Below the pieces are notes generated by a model, which saw only the letters and a program-made list of their open reading frames with translations, had not been told where the DNA came from and made no database searches. From the NCBI RefSeq assembly GCF_009914755.1, contig NC_060940.1: DNA of 64,000 bases. One strand, 5' to 3'. This DNA comes from the human T2T-CHM13v2.0 reference genome, Homo sapiens. Position numbers and translations under genes: made by a program. How positions within the stretch are numbered: position 1 is the first letter of the stretch; each line of letters opens with the position of its first letter. Of this stretch, positions 1 to 15,300 are shown in pieces.

Positions 1-3000
1 GAGTACATTTAATGATTGCTTTGTTTTCAATTCGAAGATGATTACATTGGATTCCATTCTATGATACCATTCGATTCCATTCAATGATGATTCCACTCAA
101 ATCCATTGGATGATTCCATTCGTGTCCATTCGGTGATTTCATTAGATTCCATTCGAGGATGATTCCATTCGATTCCATTCGATGATTCCATTCAATTCCA
201 TTCGATGATGATTCCATTCCAGTCCATATGATCATTCCATTTGATTTCATTCGATGGATGATTCCATTCGATTCCATTCGATGATTCCATTCTATTCCAT
301 TCGATGATGATTCCATTCGAGTCCATTCGATGATTCCATTCGAGTCCATTTAATGATTCCATTGGGTTCAATTCAATGATGATTACATTGGATTCCGTTC
401 TATGATTCCATTCAATTCCGTTCATTGACAATTTGATTCCATTCGATGATGATTCCATTTGAGTTCATTCGATGATTCTATTCGATTCTCTTCGATGGTG
501 ATTCAATTCTATTATATTGGATGATTCCATTCGATTCCATTTGATGTTGATTCAATTCGATTCTATTCGATGATGATTCCATTGGATTTCACTTGATGAT
601 TCTATTCGATTCCATTCAATGATGATTCACTTCTCGTCCATTGGATGATTCCATTTCATTCCATTCGATGATGATTCCATTCGATTCCATTCGATGATTC
701 CATTTGATTCCATGCGTCGGTGAGCAATTCGATTCAATTCCATGATGATTCTATTTGATTCAGTTAGATGATGTTTCCATTCGAATCCATTCCATGATTA
801 TTCCATTGGAATCCATTCGGCGATGATTCCATATGAGTCAATTCAATGATGATTCCATATGGGTCCGTTTGATGATAATTCCATTTGATTTCATTCGGTG
901 CTTCTATTCAATTCCAGTCGATGATGATTCCGCTGGAGTCCATACGATGATTCCATTTGATTTCATTTGATGATGATTCCATTCGATGATGATTACATTG
1001 GATTCCATTCTATGATTCCATTCAATTCCATTCGTTGATGATTCGATTCCATTCAATGATGATTCCATTTGAGTTCATTCGATGATTCTATTCGATTCCG
1101 TTCGATGGTGATTCAATTCTCTTATATTGGATGAATCCACTCGATTCCATTTGATGATTATTCCATTGGAGTCCACTTAGTGAATCCTTCAGATTCTACT
1201 CGAAGATGATTCCATTCCAGTCCATTCGATGATACCATTCAATTCCATTCGTTGATGCTTCCATTCAAGTGCATTCGATGATATCATTCGATTCCATTTG
1301 ATGATAATTCCATTTGATTCCATGCGATGATTCTATTCGATTCCATTCAATGATAATTCCATTCAGTTCAGTGATTCCTCTGGATTCCATTTGATGATGA
1401 TTCCATTCAATGATTCCATTCGATTCTATTCGAAAATGTTTCCATTTGAATCCATTTGATGATGATTCCATTAGATTCCATTTGATGATTCCATTCGATT
1501 CCATGCGACGATGATTCCATTCGAATCCATTTGATGATTCCATTCTATTCTATTCGATGATGATTCCATTCGATTCCATTCGATGATGATTGGATTTGAT
1601 TCCATTTGATGATTTCATTTGATTCCATTCGTTAATGATTTCGATCAATTCCATTCGATGATTCCATTCGATTCCATTCGATGATGATTGGATTTGATTC
1701 CATTTGATGATTTCATTTGATTCCATTCGTTAATGATTTTGATCAATTCCATTCGATGATTCCATTCGATTCCATTCGATAATGATTACATCCGAGTCCA
1801 TTCGATGATTCCATTTGAGCCTGTTCGATAATTCCTTTTGAGTCCAACCAATGATTCCATTCATTTCCATTCAATGATTCCATTCGAGTCCATTTGATCA
1901 TTCCGGTAGGGTCCATTCGATGTTGATTCCATTGGAGTGCATTCGATGATTCCATTCGAGTCCATTTTACGATTTGATTCGAGTCCTTTCGATGATTCCA
2001 TTCGATTCCACTCGATGATGATTTCATTCGAGTCCATTCGACACTTCCAATCGATTCCATTTGATGTTTCCATTCGAGTCCAATTGATGATTCCATTCAA
2101 TTCCATTCGATGATGATTCCGTACGATTCCATTCTGTGATGATTCCATGTGATTGCATTCAATGATGATTCCTTTAGATTGCATTCGATTGTGATTCATT
2201 TCGTCTTCATTCTATGGTTCCACAGGTTTCCATTCGTGTCCATTCCATTATTCCATTCTATTCCATTTGATGATGATTCCATTCGATTCCATTCATTGGT
2301 GATTCCACTCAATTCCATTCAATGATTCCATTCCATTTCTTTCAACAATGATTCCATTAGTTTCTATTCGGTGATCCACTTGATTCCATTTGACGACGAT
2401 TCCATTCGTGTCCATTCGATGATTCCATTTGATTCCATATGATGATGATTCCATTCGATTCCATACGATGATGATTCCATTCGAGTCCATTCAATGGTGA
2501 TTCCATTCAATTCCATTCGATGATTCCTTTCGATTCCATTCGATGATGATGGCATTCGATTCCTTTCAATCATTCCCTTTGATTCCATTCAAAGGTGATT
2601 TCATTCAAGTCCATTCGATAATTGCATTCGATTCCATTCTATGATGATTCCATTCGAGTCCATTTGATGATTCCATTCAATTCAAGTCAATGATGATTCC
2701 ATTCGATTCCATTCGATGATTCCATTGGATTCCATTCGATGATGATTCCATTCAAATCCATTCGATAATTCAATTCAAGTCCATTCGATGATGATTAAAA
2801 TCGAATCCATTCAAAGATTCCATTCAGTTCCATTCGATGATTCCCTTAGATTCCATTCGATGATTCCACTTGATTTCATTTACGATGATTCCATTCGATT
2901 CCATGTGATGATTCCATTCAATTCTATTCAATGCTGTTTCCATTTCTTTCCATTCGACCATGATTGCCTTTGATTCCATTCAATGACTCCATTCGGTTCC

Positions 3001-6000
3001 TTTTGATGATGATTCCGTTCGATTCCATTTCATTATTCCATTTGATTCCATTGGATGAGTCCATTCGATTACATTCGATGATTATTCCATTCGAGTGCAT
3101 TAGATGATTCCATTCGAGTCCATTCGATGATTCCATTCGATTCCATTCGATGTTGATTCTGTTCAAATCCATTCGATGATTCCACTCGATTCCATTCGAT
3201 GACTCCAGTTGATCCCATTCGATGATTTCCTTTGATTCCCTTTGATGATCATTCCATTTGATTCAATTCGGTGATTTCATTTGATTCCATTCAGTGATGT
3301 TTCCATTCGACTCCATTCGATGATGATTCCATTCGACTCCATTCGATTATGATTTCATTCAATTCCATTCGATAATGATTCCCTTCGAGTCCATTCGATG
3401 ATTCCATTCGATTCCATTCAACGATGATTTGATTCGTGTCCATTCGATGATTCCATTTGATTCCACTTGATGATGATTCCATTCGAGTCCATTTGATGAT
3501 TCCATTCAATTCCATTCTCCGATGATTTCTTTTGAGCCCATTCAATGCTTCCACTCGATTCCATATGATGATGACTCCATTCGATGAAATTCGATGATGA
3601 TTCCATTCGCTTGCATTCGATGATGATTCCACTTGAGTCCATTAGAAGATTCTATTCAATTACATTCCATGACGATTCCGTTCGAGTCCATTTGATGATT
3701 CCATTAGACTCCATTCGACGATGATTCCATTCGATGTTATTCGATGATTCCATTCGATCTCATTCGATGATGATTCCATTCAACTCCATTCGATGTTTCC
3801 ATTCGAGTTCATTCTATTATTCCATTAGATTCCATTCGATGATGATTCCATTCGATTCCATTTGATGATTGCATTCTATTTCATTTGATGATGATTCCAT
3901 TCGAGTCCACTCGATGATTCCATTCGAGTCCATTTAATGAATCCATTGGTTTCAATTCTATGATGATTACATTGGATTCCATTCGTTGATGATTTCATTC
4001 GGTTCCATTCAATGATGATTCCATTCAATTCCTTTCAATGTTTCCATTCAATTCCATACGATGATGATTCCATTTGATTTGATTCGACAGTGAGCCATTC
4101 GATTCAATTCCATGATGATTCTATTTGATTCCATTGGTTGACATTTCCATTCGATTCCATTCGATGATGATTCCCTTTGATTCCATTCAAAGATGATTCC
4201 ATTCTAGCCCATTCAATCATTCCATTCGAATCTATTCAATGATGATTCCATTCATGTCGATTTGGTGATTCCATTTGACTTCATTTGATGATGATTCCTT
4301 TCAAGTTCATTAGATGATTCCATTCGATTCCATTTGATGATGATCCCATTCGAGTCCATTCAGTGATTCCACTCGTTTCCATTCCATGATGATTCCATTC
4401 CATTCCATGCAATGATTCCATTCGATTCCGTTTGATGATGATTTCATTCGAGTCCATTTGATGATTCCATTTGATTCCATTCGATGATGATTCCATTCGA
4501 GTCCATTCGATGATTCTATTCGAATCCATTTGATGATTTCTTTTGATTATAGTTGGTGATGATTCCATTGGAGTCCATTCAATGATTCCATTCGATTCCA
4601 ATCGATGGTGATTCCATTAGAGTCCATTTAATGATTCCATTTGATTCCAGTCTCTGATGATTACATTCGAGTCCATACGATGATTCCACTCAATTCCATA
4701 TGATGATGATTCCATTCGATTCCATTCGATGATTCCATTCTATTCTATTCAATGGTGATTCCATTCGAGTACATTAGATGATTCCATTCGATTCCATTCA
4801 ATGATGATTCTATTTGTGTCCCTTAGATGATTCCACATGATTCCATTAGATGATGATACTATTTGAGCCCATCCAATGATTCCCTTCGATTCCATTCGAT
4901 GAGGATTCCATTCGATTCAATTCATTGGTGATTCTATTCAATTCAATTCTTTGATTCCATTCCATTCCATTCGACAATGATTCCATTCGATTTCTTTCGA
5001 TGATTCCACTCGATTCCACTTGACATTGATTCCCTTCGATTCCATTCAATGATTCCATTTGATTCCAGTGGATGATGATTGCCATCGATTCCATTTGATC
5101 ACTCCATTCTATTCCACTTGATGATGATTACATTCGATTCCATTTGACGATTCCATCTGATTCTATTCGAGGATTCCATTTGATTCCATTCGATGATGAT
5201 TCCATTCGAGTCCATTCGATGATATCATTCGAATACATCCAATGATTCCATTCGAGTCCATTTGATGATTCCATTTGATTCCATTTGATAATGATTCTAC
5301 TAGAGTCCATTCAATGACTCCATTGGAGTCCATTCAACAATTCCATTCGACTCCATTTGATGATTCCATTGGATTCCATTTGATGATTCCATTCGAGTCC
5401 ATTTAATCATTACAGTCGAGTCCATTTGGTGATTCCACCGGATTTCTTTTGATAATGATACCATTCAATTACATTTGATGATGATCCCATTCAATTTCAT
5501 TTGATGATGATTCCATTAGAGTCTATTCGATGATTTCATTCGAGTCCCTTCATTGATTCCATCCGATTTCATTGGATGATGACTCCATTCGAGTCCATTC
5601 GATGATTCCACTCGATTCCATTAGATGATTCCATTGGAGTCCATTTCATTGTTCCATTCGATTCCATTCGATTCCTTTCGAAGATTATTCCATTTGAGTC
5701 CATTCGATGATGATTCCATTCCATTCCATTCGATGATTCCGTTTGATTCCATTCGATGATTCCCTTCGATTCCTTTCTTTGATGATTCCATTCCATTCCA
5801 TTCAATGATTCCATTCGAATCTATTCCATGATGATTCCTTTCGATTCCATTCGCTGATGTTTCCGTTCAATTCCATTCGATGATGATTCCATTCGATTCC
5901 ATTCATTGAGGATTCCATTTGATTCCATTCAATGATGATTCCGTTCTATTCCATTCAATGATTGCATTCAATTCCATTCAGTGATTATCCCCTTAGAGTA

Positions 6001-6211
6001 AACTCAACGATTCCATTCAATACCATTCGATGATGATTCCTTTTGAGTCCATTCAATGATTTCATTCAAGTCCATTTGATGATTCCTTTCAATTCCATTC
6101 TATGATGATTCCATTCGAGTCCATTCGATGATTCCATTCGATTGCATTTGATGATTACATTATATTCCAGTCAACGATGATTCCATTCGAGTCCATTCGA
6201 TGATTCCATTA
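1..6211 (+). repeat. 6.1-kb higher-order unit copy 1 (6,211 bp = 6,112 + 98-bp duplication + 1-bp insertion)
   Basis: Landmark GAGTACATTTAATGATTGCTTTGTTTTCAATTCGAAG at 1 and 6212. Unit phase is defined arbitrarily by this landmark. Confidence 0.95.
1585..1780 (+). repeat. 98-bp tandem duplication within unit 1
   Basis: TGGATTTGATTCCATTTGATGATTTCATTTGATTCCATTCGTTAATGATTT at 1591 and 1689; single copy in units 2, 3 and 5. Confidence 0.93.
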
Positions 6212-9200
6212 GAGTACATTTAATGATTGCTTTGTTTTCAATTCGAAGATGATTACATTGGATTCCATTCTATGATACCATTCGATTCCATTCAATGATG
6301 ATTCCACTCAAATCCATTGGATGATTCCATTCGTGTCCATTCGGTGATTTCATTAGATTCCATTCGAGGATGATTCCATTCGATTCCATTCGATGATTCC
6401 ATTCAATTCCATTCGAGGATGATTCCATTCCAGTCCATATGATCATTCCATTTGATTTCATTCGATGATGATTCCATTCGATTCCATTCGATGATTCCAT
6501 TCTATTCCATTCGATGATGATTCCATTCGAGTCCATTCGATGATTCCATTCGAGTCCATTTAATGATTCCATTGGGTTCAATTCAATGATGATTACATTG
6601 GATTCCGTTCTATGATTCCATTCAATTCCGTTCATTGACAATTTGATTCCATTCGATGATGATTCCATTTGAGTTCATTCGATGATTCTATTCGATTCTC
6701 TTCGATGGTGATTCAATTCTATTATATTGGATGATTCCATTCGATTCCATTTGATGTTGATTCAATTCGATTCTATTCGATGATGATTCCATTGGATTTC
6801 ACTTGATGATTCTATTCGATTCCATTCAATGATGATTCACTTCTCGTCCATTGGATGATTCCATTTCATTCCATTCGATGATGATTCCATTCGATTCCAT
6901 TCGATGATTCCATTTGATTCCATGCGTTGGTGAGCAATTCGATTCAATTCCATGATGATTCTATTTGATTCAATTAGATGATGTTTCCATTCGAATCCAT
7001 TCCGTGATTATTCCATTGGAATCCATTCGGCGATGATTCCATATGAGTCAATTCAATGATGATTCCATATGGGTCCGTTCGATGATAATTCCATTAGATT
7101 TCATTCGGTGCTTCTATTCAATTCCAGTCGATGATGATTCCGTTGGAGTCCATACGATGATTCCATTTGATTTCATTTGATGATGATTCCATTCGATGAT
7201 GATTACATTGGATTCCATTCTATGATTCCATTCAATTCCATTCGTTGATGATTCGATTCCATTCAATGATGATTCCATTTGAGTTCATTCGATGATTCTA
7301 TTCGATTCCGTTCGATGGTGATTCAATTCTCTTATATTGGATGAATCCACTCGATTCCATTTGATGATTATTCCATTGGAGTCCACTTAGTGAATCCTTC
7401 AGATTCTACTCGAAGATGATTCCATTCAAGTCCATTCGATGATACCATTCAATTCCATTCGTTGATGCTTCCATTCAAGTGCATTCGATGATATCATTCG
7501 ATTCCATTTGATGATAATTCCATTTGATTCCATGCGATGATTCTATTCGATTCCATTCAATGATAATTCCATTCAGTTCAGTGATTCCTCTGGACTCCAT
7601 TTGATGATGATTCCATTCAATGATTCCATTCGATTCTATTCGAAAGTGATTCCATTTGAATCCATTTGATGATGATTCCATTAGATTCCATTTGATGATT
7701 CCATTCGATTCCATGCGACGATGATTCCATTCGATTCCATGTGATGATTCCATTCTATTCTATTCGATGATGATTCCATTCGATTCCATTCGATGATGAT
7801 TGGATTCGATTCCATTTGATGATATCATTTGATTCCATTCGTTAATGATTTCGATCAATTCCATTCGATGATTCCATTCGATTCCATTCGATAATGATTA
7901 CATCCGTGTCCATTCAGTGATTCCATTTGAGCCTGTTCGATAATTCCATTTGAGTCCAACCAATGATTCCATTCATTTCCATTCAATGATTCCATTCGAG
8001 TCCATTTGATCATTCCGGTAGGGTCCATTCGATGTTGATTCCATTGGAGTGCATTCGATGATTCCATTCGAGTCCATTTTACGATTTGATTCGAGTCCTT
8101 TCGATGATTCCATTCGATTCCACTCGATGATGATTTCATTCGAGTCCATTCGACACTTCCAATCGATTCCATTTGATGTTTCCATTCGAGTCCAATTGAT
8201 GATTCCATTCAATTCCATTCGATGATGATTCCGTACGATTCCATTCTGTGATGATTCCATGTGATTGCATTCAATGATGATTCCTTTAGATTGCATTCGA
8301 TTGTGATTCATTTCGTCTTCATTCTATGGTTCCACAGGTTTCCATTCGTGTCCATTCCATTATTCCATTCTATTCCATTTGATGATGATTCCATTCGATT
8401 CCATTCATTGGTGATTCCACTCAATTCCATTCAATGATTCCATTCCATTTCTTTCAACAATGATTCCATTAGTTTCTATTCGGTGATCCACTTGATTCCA
8501 TTTGACGACGATTCCATTCGTGTCCATTCGATGATTCCATTTGATTCCATATGATGATGATTCCATTCGATTCCATACGATGATGATTCCATTCGAGTCC
8601 ATTCAATGGTGATTCCATTCAATTCCATTCGATGATTCCTTTCGATTCCATTCGATGATGATGGCATTCGATTCCTTTCAATCATTCCCTTTGATTCCAT
8701 TCAAAGGTGATTTCATTCAAGTCCATTCGATAATTGCATTCGATTCCATTCTATGATGATTCCATTCGAGTCCATTTGATGATTCCATTCAATTCAAGTC
8801 AATGATGATTCCATTCGATTCCATTCGATGATTCCATTGGATTCCATTCGATGATGATTCCATTCAAATCCATTCGATAATTCAATTCAAGTCCATTCGA
8901 TGATGATTAAAATCGAATCCATTCAAAGATTCCATTCAGTTCCATTCGATGATTCCCTTAGATTCCATTCGATGATTCCACTTGATTTCATTTACGATGA
9001 TTCCATTCGATTCCATGTGATGATTCCATTCAATTCTATTCAATGCTGTTTCCATTTCTTTCCATTCGACCATGATTGCCTTTGATTCCATTCAATGACT
9101 CCATTCGGTTCCTTTTGATGATGATTCCGTTCGATTCCATTTCATTATTCCATTTGATTCCATTGGATGAGTCCATTCGATTACATTCGATGATTATTCC

Positions 9201-12200
9201 ATTCGAGTGCATTAGATGATTCCATTCGAGTCCATTCGATGATTCCATTCGATTCCATTCGATGTTGATTCTGTTCAAATCCATTCGATGATTCCACTCG
9301 ATTCCATTCGATGACTCCAGTTGATCCCATTCGATGATTTCCTTTGATTCCCTTTGATGATCATTCCATTTGATTCAATTCGGTGATTTCATTTGATTCC
9401 ATTCAGTGATGTTTCCATTCGACTCCATTCGATGATGATTCCATTCGACTCCATTCGATTATGATTTCATTCAATTCCATTCGATAATGATTCCCTTCGA
9501 GTCCATTCGATGATTCCATTCGATTCCATTCAACGATGATTTCATTCGTGTCCATTCGATGATTCCATTTGATTCCACTTGATGATGATTCCATTCGAGT
9601 CCATTTGATGATTCCATTCAATTCCATTCTCCGATGATTTCTTTTGAGCCCATTCAATGCTTCCACTCGATTCCATATGATGATGACTCCATTCGATGAA
9701 ATTCGATGATGATTCCATTCGCTTGCATTCGATGATGATTCCACTTGAGTCCATTAGAAGATTCTATTCAATTACATTCCATGACGATTCCGTTCGAGTC
9801 CATTTGATGATTCCATTAGACTCCATTCGACGATGATTCCATTCGATGTTATTCGATGATTCCATTTGATCTCATTCGATGATGATTCCATTCAACTCCA
9901 TTCGATGTTTCCATTCGAGTTCATTCTATTATTCCATTAGATTCCATTCGATGATGATTCCATTCGATTCCATTTGATGATTGCATTCTATTTCATTTGA
10001 TGATGATTCCATTCGAGTCCACTCGATGATTCCATTCGAGTCCATTTAATGAATCCATTGGTTTCAATTCTATGATGATTACATTGGATTCCATTCGTTG
10101 ATGATTTCATTCGGTTCCATTCAATGATGATTCCATTCAATTCCTTTCAATGTTTCCATTCAATTCCATACGATGATGATTCCATTTGATTTGATTCGAC
10201 AGTGAGCCATTCGATTCAATTCCATGATGATTCTATTTGATTCCATTGGTTGACATTTCCATTCGATTCCATTCGATGATGATTCCCTTTGATTCCATTC
10301 AAAGATGATTCCATTCTAGCCCATTCAATCATTCCATTCGAATCTATTCAATGATGATTCCATTCATGTCGATTTGGTGATTCCATTTGACTTCATTTGA
10401 TGATGATTCCTTTCAAGTTCATTAGATGATTCCATTCGATTCCATTTGATGATGATCCCATTCGAGTCCATTCAGTGATTCCACTCGTTTCCATTCCATG
10501 ATGATTCCATTCCATTCCATGCAATGATTCCATTCGATTCCGTTTGATGATGATTTCATTCGAGTCCATTTGATGATTCCATTTGATTCCATTCGATGAT
10601 GATTCCATTCGAGTCCATTCGATGATTCTATTCGAATCCATTTGATGATTTCTTTTGATTATAGTTGGTGATGATTCCATTGGAGTCCATTCAATGATTC
10701 CATTCGATTCCAATCGATGGTGATTCCATTAGAGTCCATTTAATGATTCCATTTGATTCCAGTCTCTGATGATTACATTCGAGTCCATACGATGATTCCA
10801 CTCAATTCCATATGATGATGATTCCATTCGATTCCATTCGATGATTCCATTCTATTCTATTCAATGGTGATTCCATTCGAGTACATTAGATGATTCCATT
10901 CGATTCCATTCAATGATGATTCTATTTGTGTCCCTTAGATGATTCCACATGATTCCATTAGATGATGATACTATTTGAGCCCATCCAATGATTCCCTTCG
11001 ATTCCATTCGATGAGGATTCCATTCGATTCAATTCATTGGTGATTCTATTCAATTCAATTCTTTGATTCCATTCCATTCCATTCGACAATGATTCCATTC
11101 GATTTCTTTCGATGATTCCACTCGATTCCACTTGACATTGATTCCCTTCGATTCCATTCAATGATTCCATTTGATTCCAGTGGATGATGATTGCCATCGA
11201 TTCCATTTGATCACTCCATTCTATTCCACTTGATGATGATTACATTCGATACCATTTGACGATTCCATCTGATTCTATTCGAGGATTCCATTTGATTCCA
11301 TTCGATGATGATTCCATTCGAGTCCATTCGATGATATCATTCGAATACATCCAATGATTCCATTCGAGTCCATTTGATGATTCCATTTGATTCCATTTGA
11401 TAATGATTCTACTAGAGTCCATTCAATGACTCCATTGGAGTCCATTCAACAATTCCATTCGACTCCATTTGATGATTCCATTGGATTCCATTTGATGATT
11501 CCATTCGAGTCCATTTAATCATTACAGTCGAGTCCATTTGGTGATTCCACCGGATTTCTTTTGATAATGATACCATTCAATTACATTTGATGATGATCCC
11601 ATTCAATTTCATTTGATGATGATTCCATTAGAGTCTATTCGATGATTTCATTCGAGTCCCTTCATTGATTCCATCCGATTTCATTGGATGATGACTCCAT
11701 TCGAGTCCATTCGATGATTCCACTCGATTCCATTAGATGATTCCATTGGAGTCCATTTCATTGTTCCATTCGATTCCATTCGATTCCTTTCGAAGATTAT
11801 TCCATTTGAGTCCATTCGATGATGATTCCATTCCATTCCATTCGATGATTCCGTTTGATTCCATTCGATGATTCCCTTCGATTCCTTTCTTTGATGATTC
11901 CATTCCATTCCATTCAATGATTCCATTCGAATCTATTCCATGATGATTCCTTTCGATTCCATTCGCTGATGTTTCCGTTCAATTCCATTCGATGATGATT
12001 CCATTCGATTCCATTCATTGAGGATTCCATTTGATTCCATTCAATGATGATTCCGTTCTATTCCATTCAATGATTGCATTCAATTCCATTCAGTGATTAT
12101 CCCCTTAGAGTAAACTCAACGATTCCATTCAATACCATTCGATGATGATTCCTTTTGAGTCCATTCAATGATTTCATTCAAGTCCATTTGATGATTCCTT

Positions 12201-12323
12201 TCAATTCCATTCTATGATGATTCCATTCGAGTCCATTCGATGATTCCATTCGATTGCATTTGATGATTACATTATATTCCAGTCAACGATGATTCCATTC
12301 GAGTCCATTCGATGATTCCATTA
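6212..12323 (+). repeat. 6.1-kb higher-order unit copy 2 (canonical 6,112 bp)
   Basis: Landmark at 6212 and 12324; ORF-track entries recur at +6,112 (e.g. 6270/12382, 7475/13587). Confidence 0.96.
6966..6976 (-). promoter_or_regulatory. DUX4-type motif TAATTGAATCA (representative; recurs at the same position in each unit)
   Basis: + strand TGATTCAATTA is the reverse complement of a match to TAAYBBAATCA. DUX4 binding to HSATII is established, but occupancy of this site is not shown. Confidence 0.4.
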
Positions 12324-15300
12324 GAGTACATTTAATGATTGCTTTGTTTTCAATTCGAAGATGATTACATTGGATTCCATTCTATGATACCATTCGATTC
12401 CATTCAATGATGATTCCACTCAAATCCATTGGATGATTCCATTCGTGTCCATTCGGTGATTTCATTAGATTCCATTCGAGGATGATTCCATTCGATTCCA
12501 TTCGATGATTCCATTCAATTCCATTCGAGGATGATTCCATTCCAGTCCATATGATCATTCCATTTGATTTCATTCGATGATGATTCCATTCGATTCCATT
12601 CGATGATTCCATTCTATTCCATTCGATGATGATTCCATTCGAGTCCATTCGATGATTCCATTCGAGTCCATTTAATGATTCCATTGGGTTCAATTCAATG
12701 ATGATTACATTGGATTCCGTTCTATGATTCCATTCAATTCCGTTCATTGACAATTTGATTCCATTCGATGATGATTCCATTTGAGTTCATTCGATGATTC
12801 TATTCGATTCTCTTCGATGGTGATTCAATTCTATTATATTGGATGATTCCATTCGATTCCATTTGATGTTGATTCAATTCGATTCTATTCGATGATGATT
12901 CCATTGGATTTCACTTGATGATTCTATTCGATTCCATTCAATGATGATTCACTTCTCGTCCATTGGATGATTCCATTTCATTCCATTCGATGATGATTCC
13001 ATTCGATTCCATTCGATGATTCCATTTGATTCCATGCGTTGGTGAGCAATTCGATTCAATTCCATGATGATTCTATTTGATTCAATTAGATGATGTTTCC
13101 ATTCGAATCCATTCCATGATTATTCCATTGGAATCCATTCGGCGATGATTCCATATGAGTCAATTCAATGATGATTCCATATGGGTCCGTTCGATGATAA
13201 TTCCATTAGATTTCATTCGGTGCTTCTATTCAATTCCAGTCGATGATGATTCCGTTGGAGTCCATACGATGATTCCATTTGATTTCATTTGATGATGATT
13301 CCATTCGATGATGATTACATTGGATTCCATTCTATGATTCCATTCAATTCCATTCGTTGATGATTCGATTCCATTCAATGATGATTCCATTTGAGTTCAT
13401 TCGATGATTCTATTCGATTCCGTTCGATGGTGATTCAATTCTCTTATATTGGATGAATCCACTCGATTCCATTTGATGATTATTCCATTGGAGTCCACTT
13501 AGTGAATCCTTCAGATTCTACTCGAAGATGATTCCATTCAAGTCCATTCGATGATACCATTCAATTCCATTCGTTGATGCTTCCATTCAAGTGCATTCGA
13601 TGATATCATTCGATTCCATTTGATGATAATTCCATTTGATTCCATGCGATGATTCTATTCGATTCCATTCAATGATAATTCCATTCAGTTCAGTGATTCC
13701 TCTGGACTCCATTTGATGATGATTCCATTCAATGATTCCATTCGATTCTATTCGAAAGTGATTCCATTTGAATCCATTTGATGATGATTCCATTAGATTC
13801 CATTTGATGATTCCATTCGATTCCATGCGACGATGATTCCATTCGATTCCATGTGATGATTCCATTCTATTCTATTCGATGATGATTCCATTCGATTCCA
13901 TTCGATGATGATTGGATTCGATTCCATTTGATGATATCATTTGATTCCATTCGTTAATGATTTCGATCAATTCCATTCGATGATTCCATTCGATTCCATT
14001 CGATAATGATTACATCCGTGTCCATTCAGTGATTCCATTTGAGCCTGTTCGATAATTCCATTTGAGTCCAACCAATGATTCCATTCATTTCCATTCAATG
14101 ATTCCATTCGAGTCCATTTGATCATTCCGGTAGGGTCCATTCGATGTTGATTCCATTGGAGTGCATTCGATGATTCCATTCGAGTCCATTTTACGATTTG
14201 ATTCGAGTCCTTTCGATGATTCCATTCGATTCCACTCGATGATGATTTCATTCGAGTCCATTCGACACTTCCAATCGATTCCATTTGATGTTTCCATTCG
14301 AGTCCAATTGATGATTCCATTCAATTCCATTCGATGATGATTCCGTACGATTCCATTCTGTGATGATTCCATGTGATTGCATTCAATGATGATTCCTTTA
14401 GATTGCATTCGATTGTGATTCATTTCGTCTTCATTCTATGGTTCCACAGGTTTCCATTCGTGTCCATTCCATTATTCCATTCTATTCTATTTGATGATGA
14501 TTCCATTCGATTCCATTCATTGGTGATTCCACTCAATTCCATTCAATGATTCCATTCCATTTCTTTCAACAATGATTCCATTAGTTTCTAATCGATGATC
14601 CACTTGATTCCATTTGACGACGATTCCATTCTTGTCCATTCGATGATTCCATTTGATTCCATATGATGATGATTCCATTCGATTCCATACGATGATGATT
14701 CCATTCGAGTCCATTCAATGGTGATTCCATTCAATTCCATTCGATGATTCCTTTCGATTCCATTCGATGATGATGGCATTCGATTCCTTTCAATCATTCC
14801 CTTTGATTGCATTCAAAGGTGATTTCATTCAAGTCCATTCGATAATTGCATTCGATTCCATTCTATGATGATTCCATTCGAGTCCATTTGATGATTCCAT
14901 TCAATTCAAGTCAATGATGATTCCATTCGATTCCATTCGATGATTCCATTGGATTCCATTCGATGATGATTCCATTCAAATCCATTCGATAATTCAATTC
15001 AAGTCCATTCGATGATGATTAAAATCGAATCCATTCAAAGATTCCATTCAGTTGCATTCGATGATTCCCTTAGATTCCATTCGATGATTCCACTTGATTT
15101 CATTTACGATGATTCCATTCGATTCCATGTGATGATTCCATTCAATTCTATTCAATGCTGTTTCCATTTGATTCCATTCGACCATGATTGCCTTTGATTC
15201 CATTCAATGACTCCATTCGGTTCCTTTTGATGATGATTCCGTTCGATTCCATTTCATTATTCCATTTGATTCCATTGGATGAGTCCATTCGATTACATTC

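Noticed and set aside
1900-2235. Atypical GC-richer motifs CCGGTAGGGTCC and TATGGTTCCACAGGTTTCC as regulatory or splice elements
   Set aside because: They align in phase to mutated monomers and nothing in the sequence supports a function; used only as landmarks.
2788-2973. Recurrent plus-strand 61-aa ORF (MMIKIESIQRF...)
   Set aside because: Chance stop-free frame in the satellite, repeated only because the unit is repeated, and absent from the ORF track in several copies.
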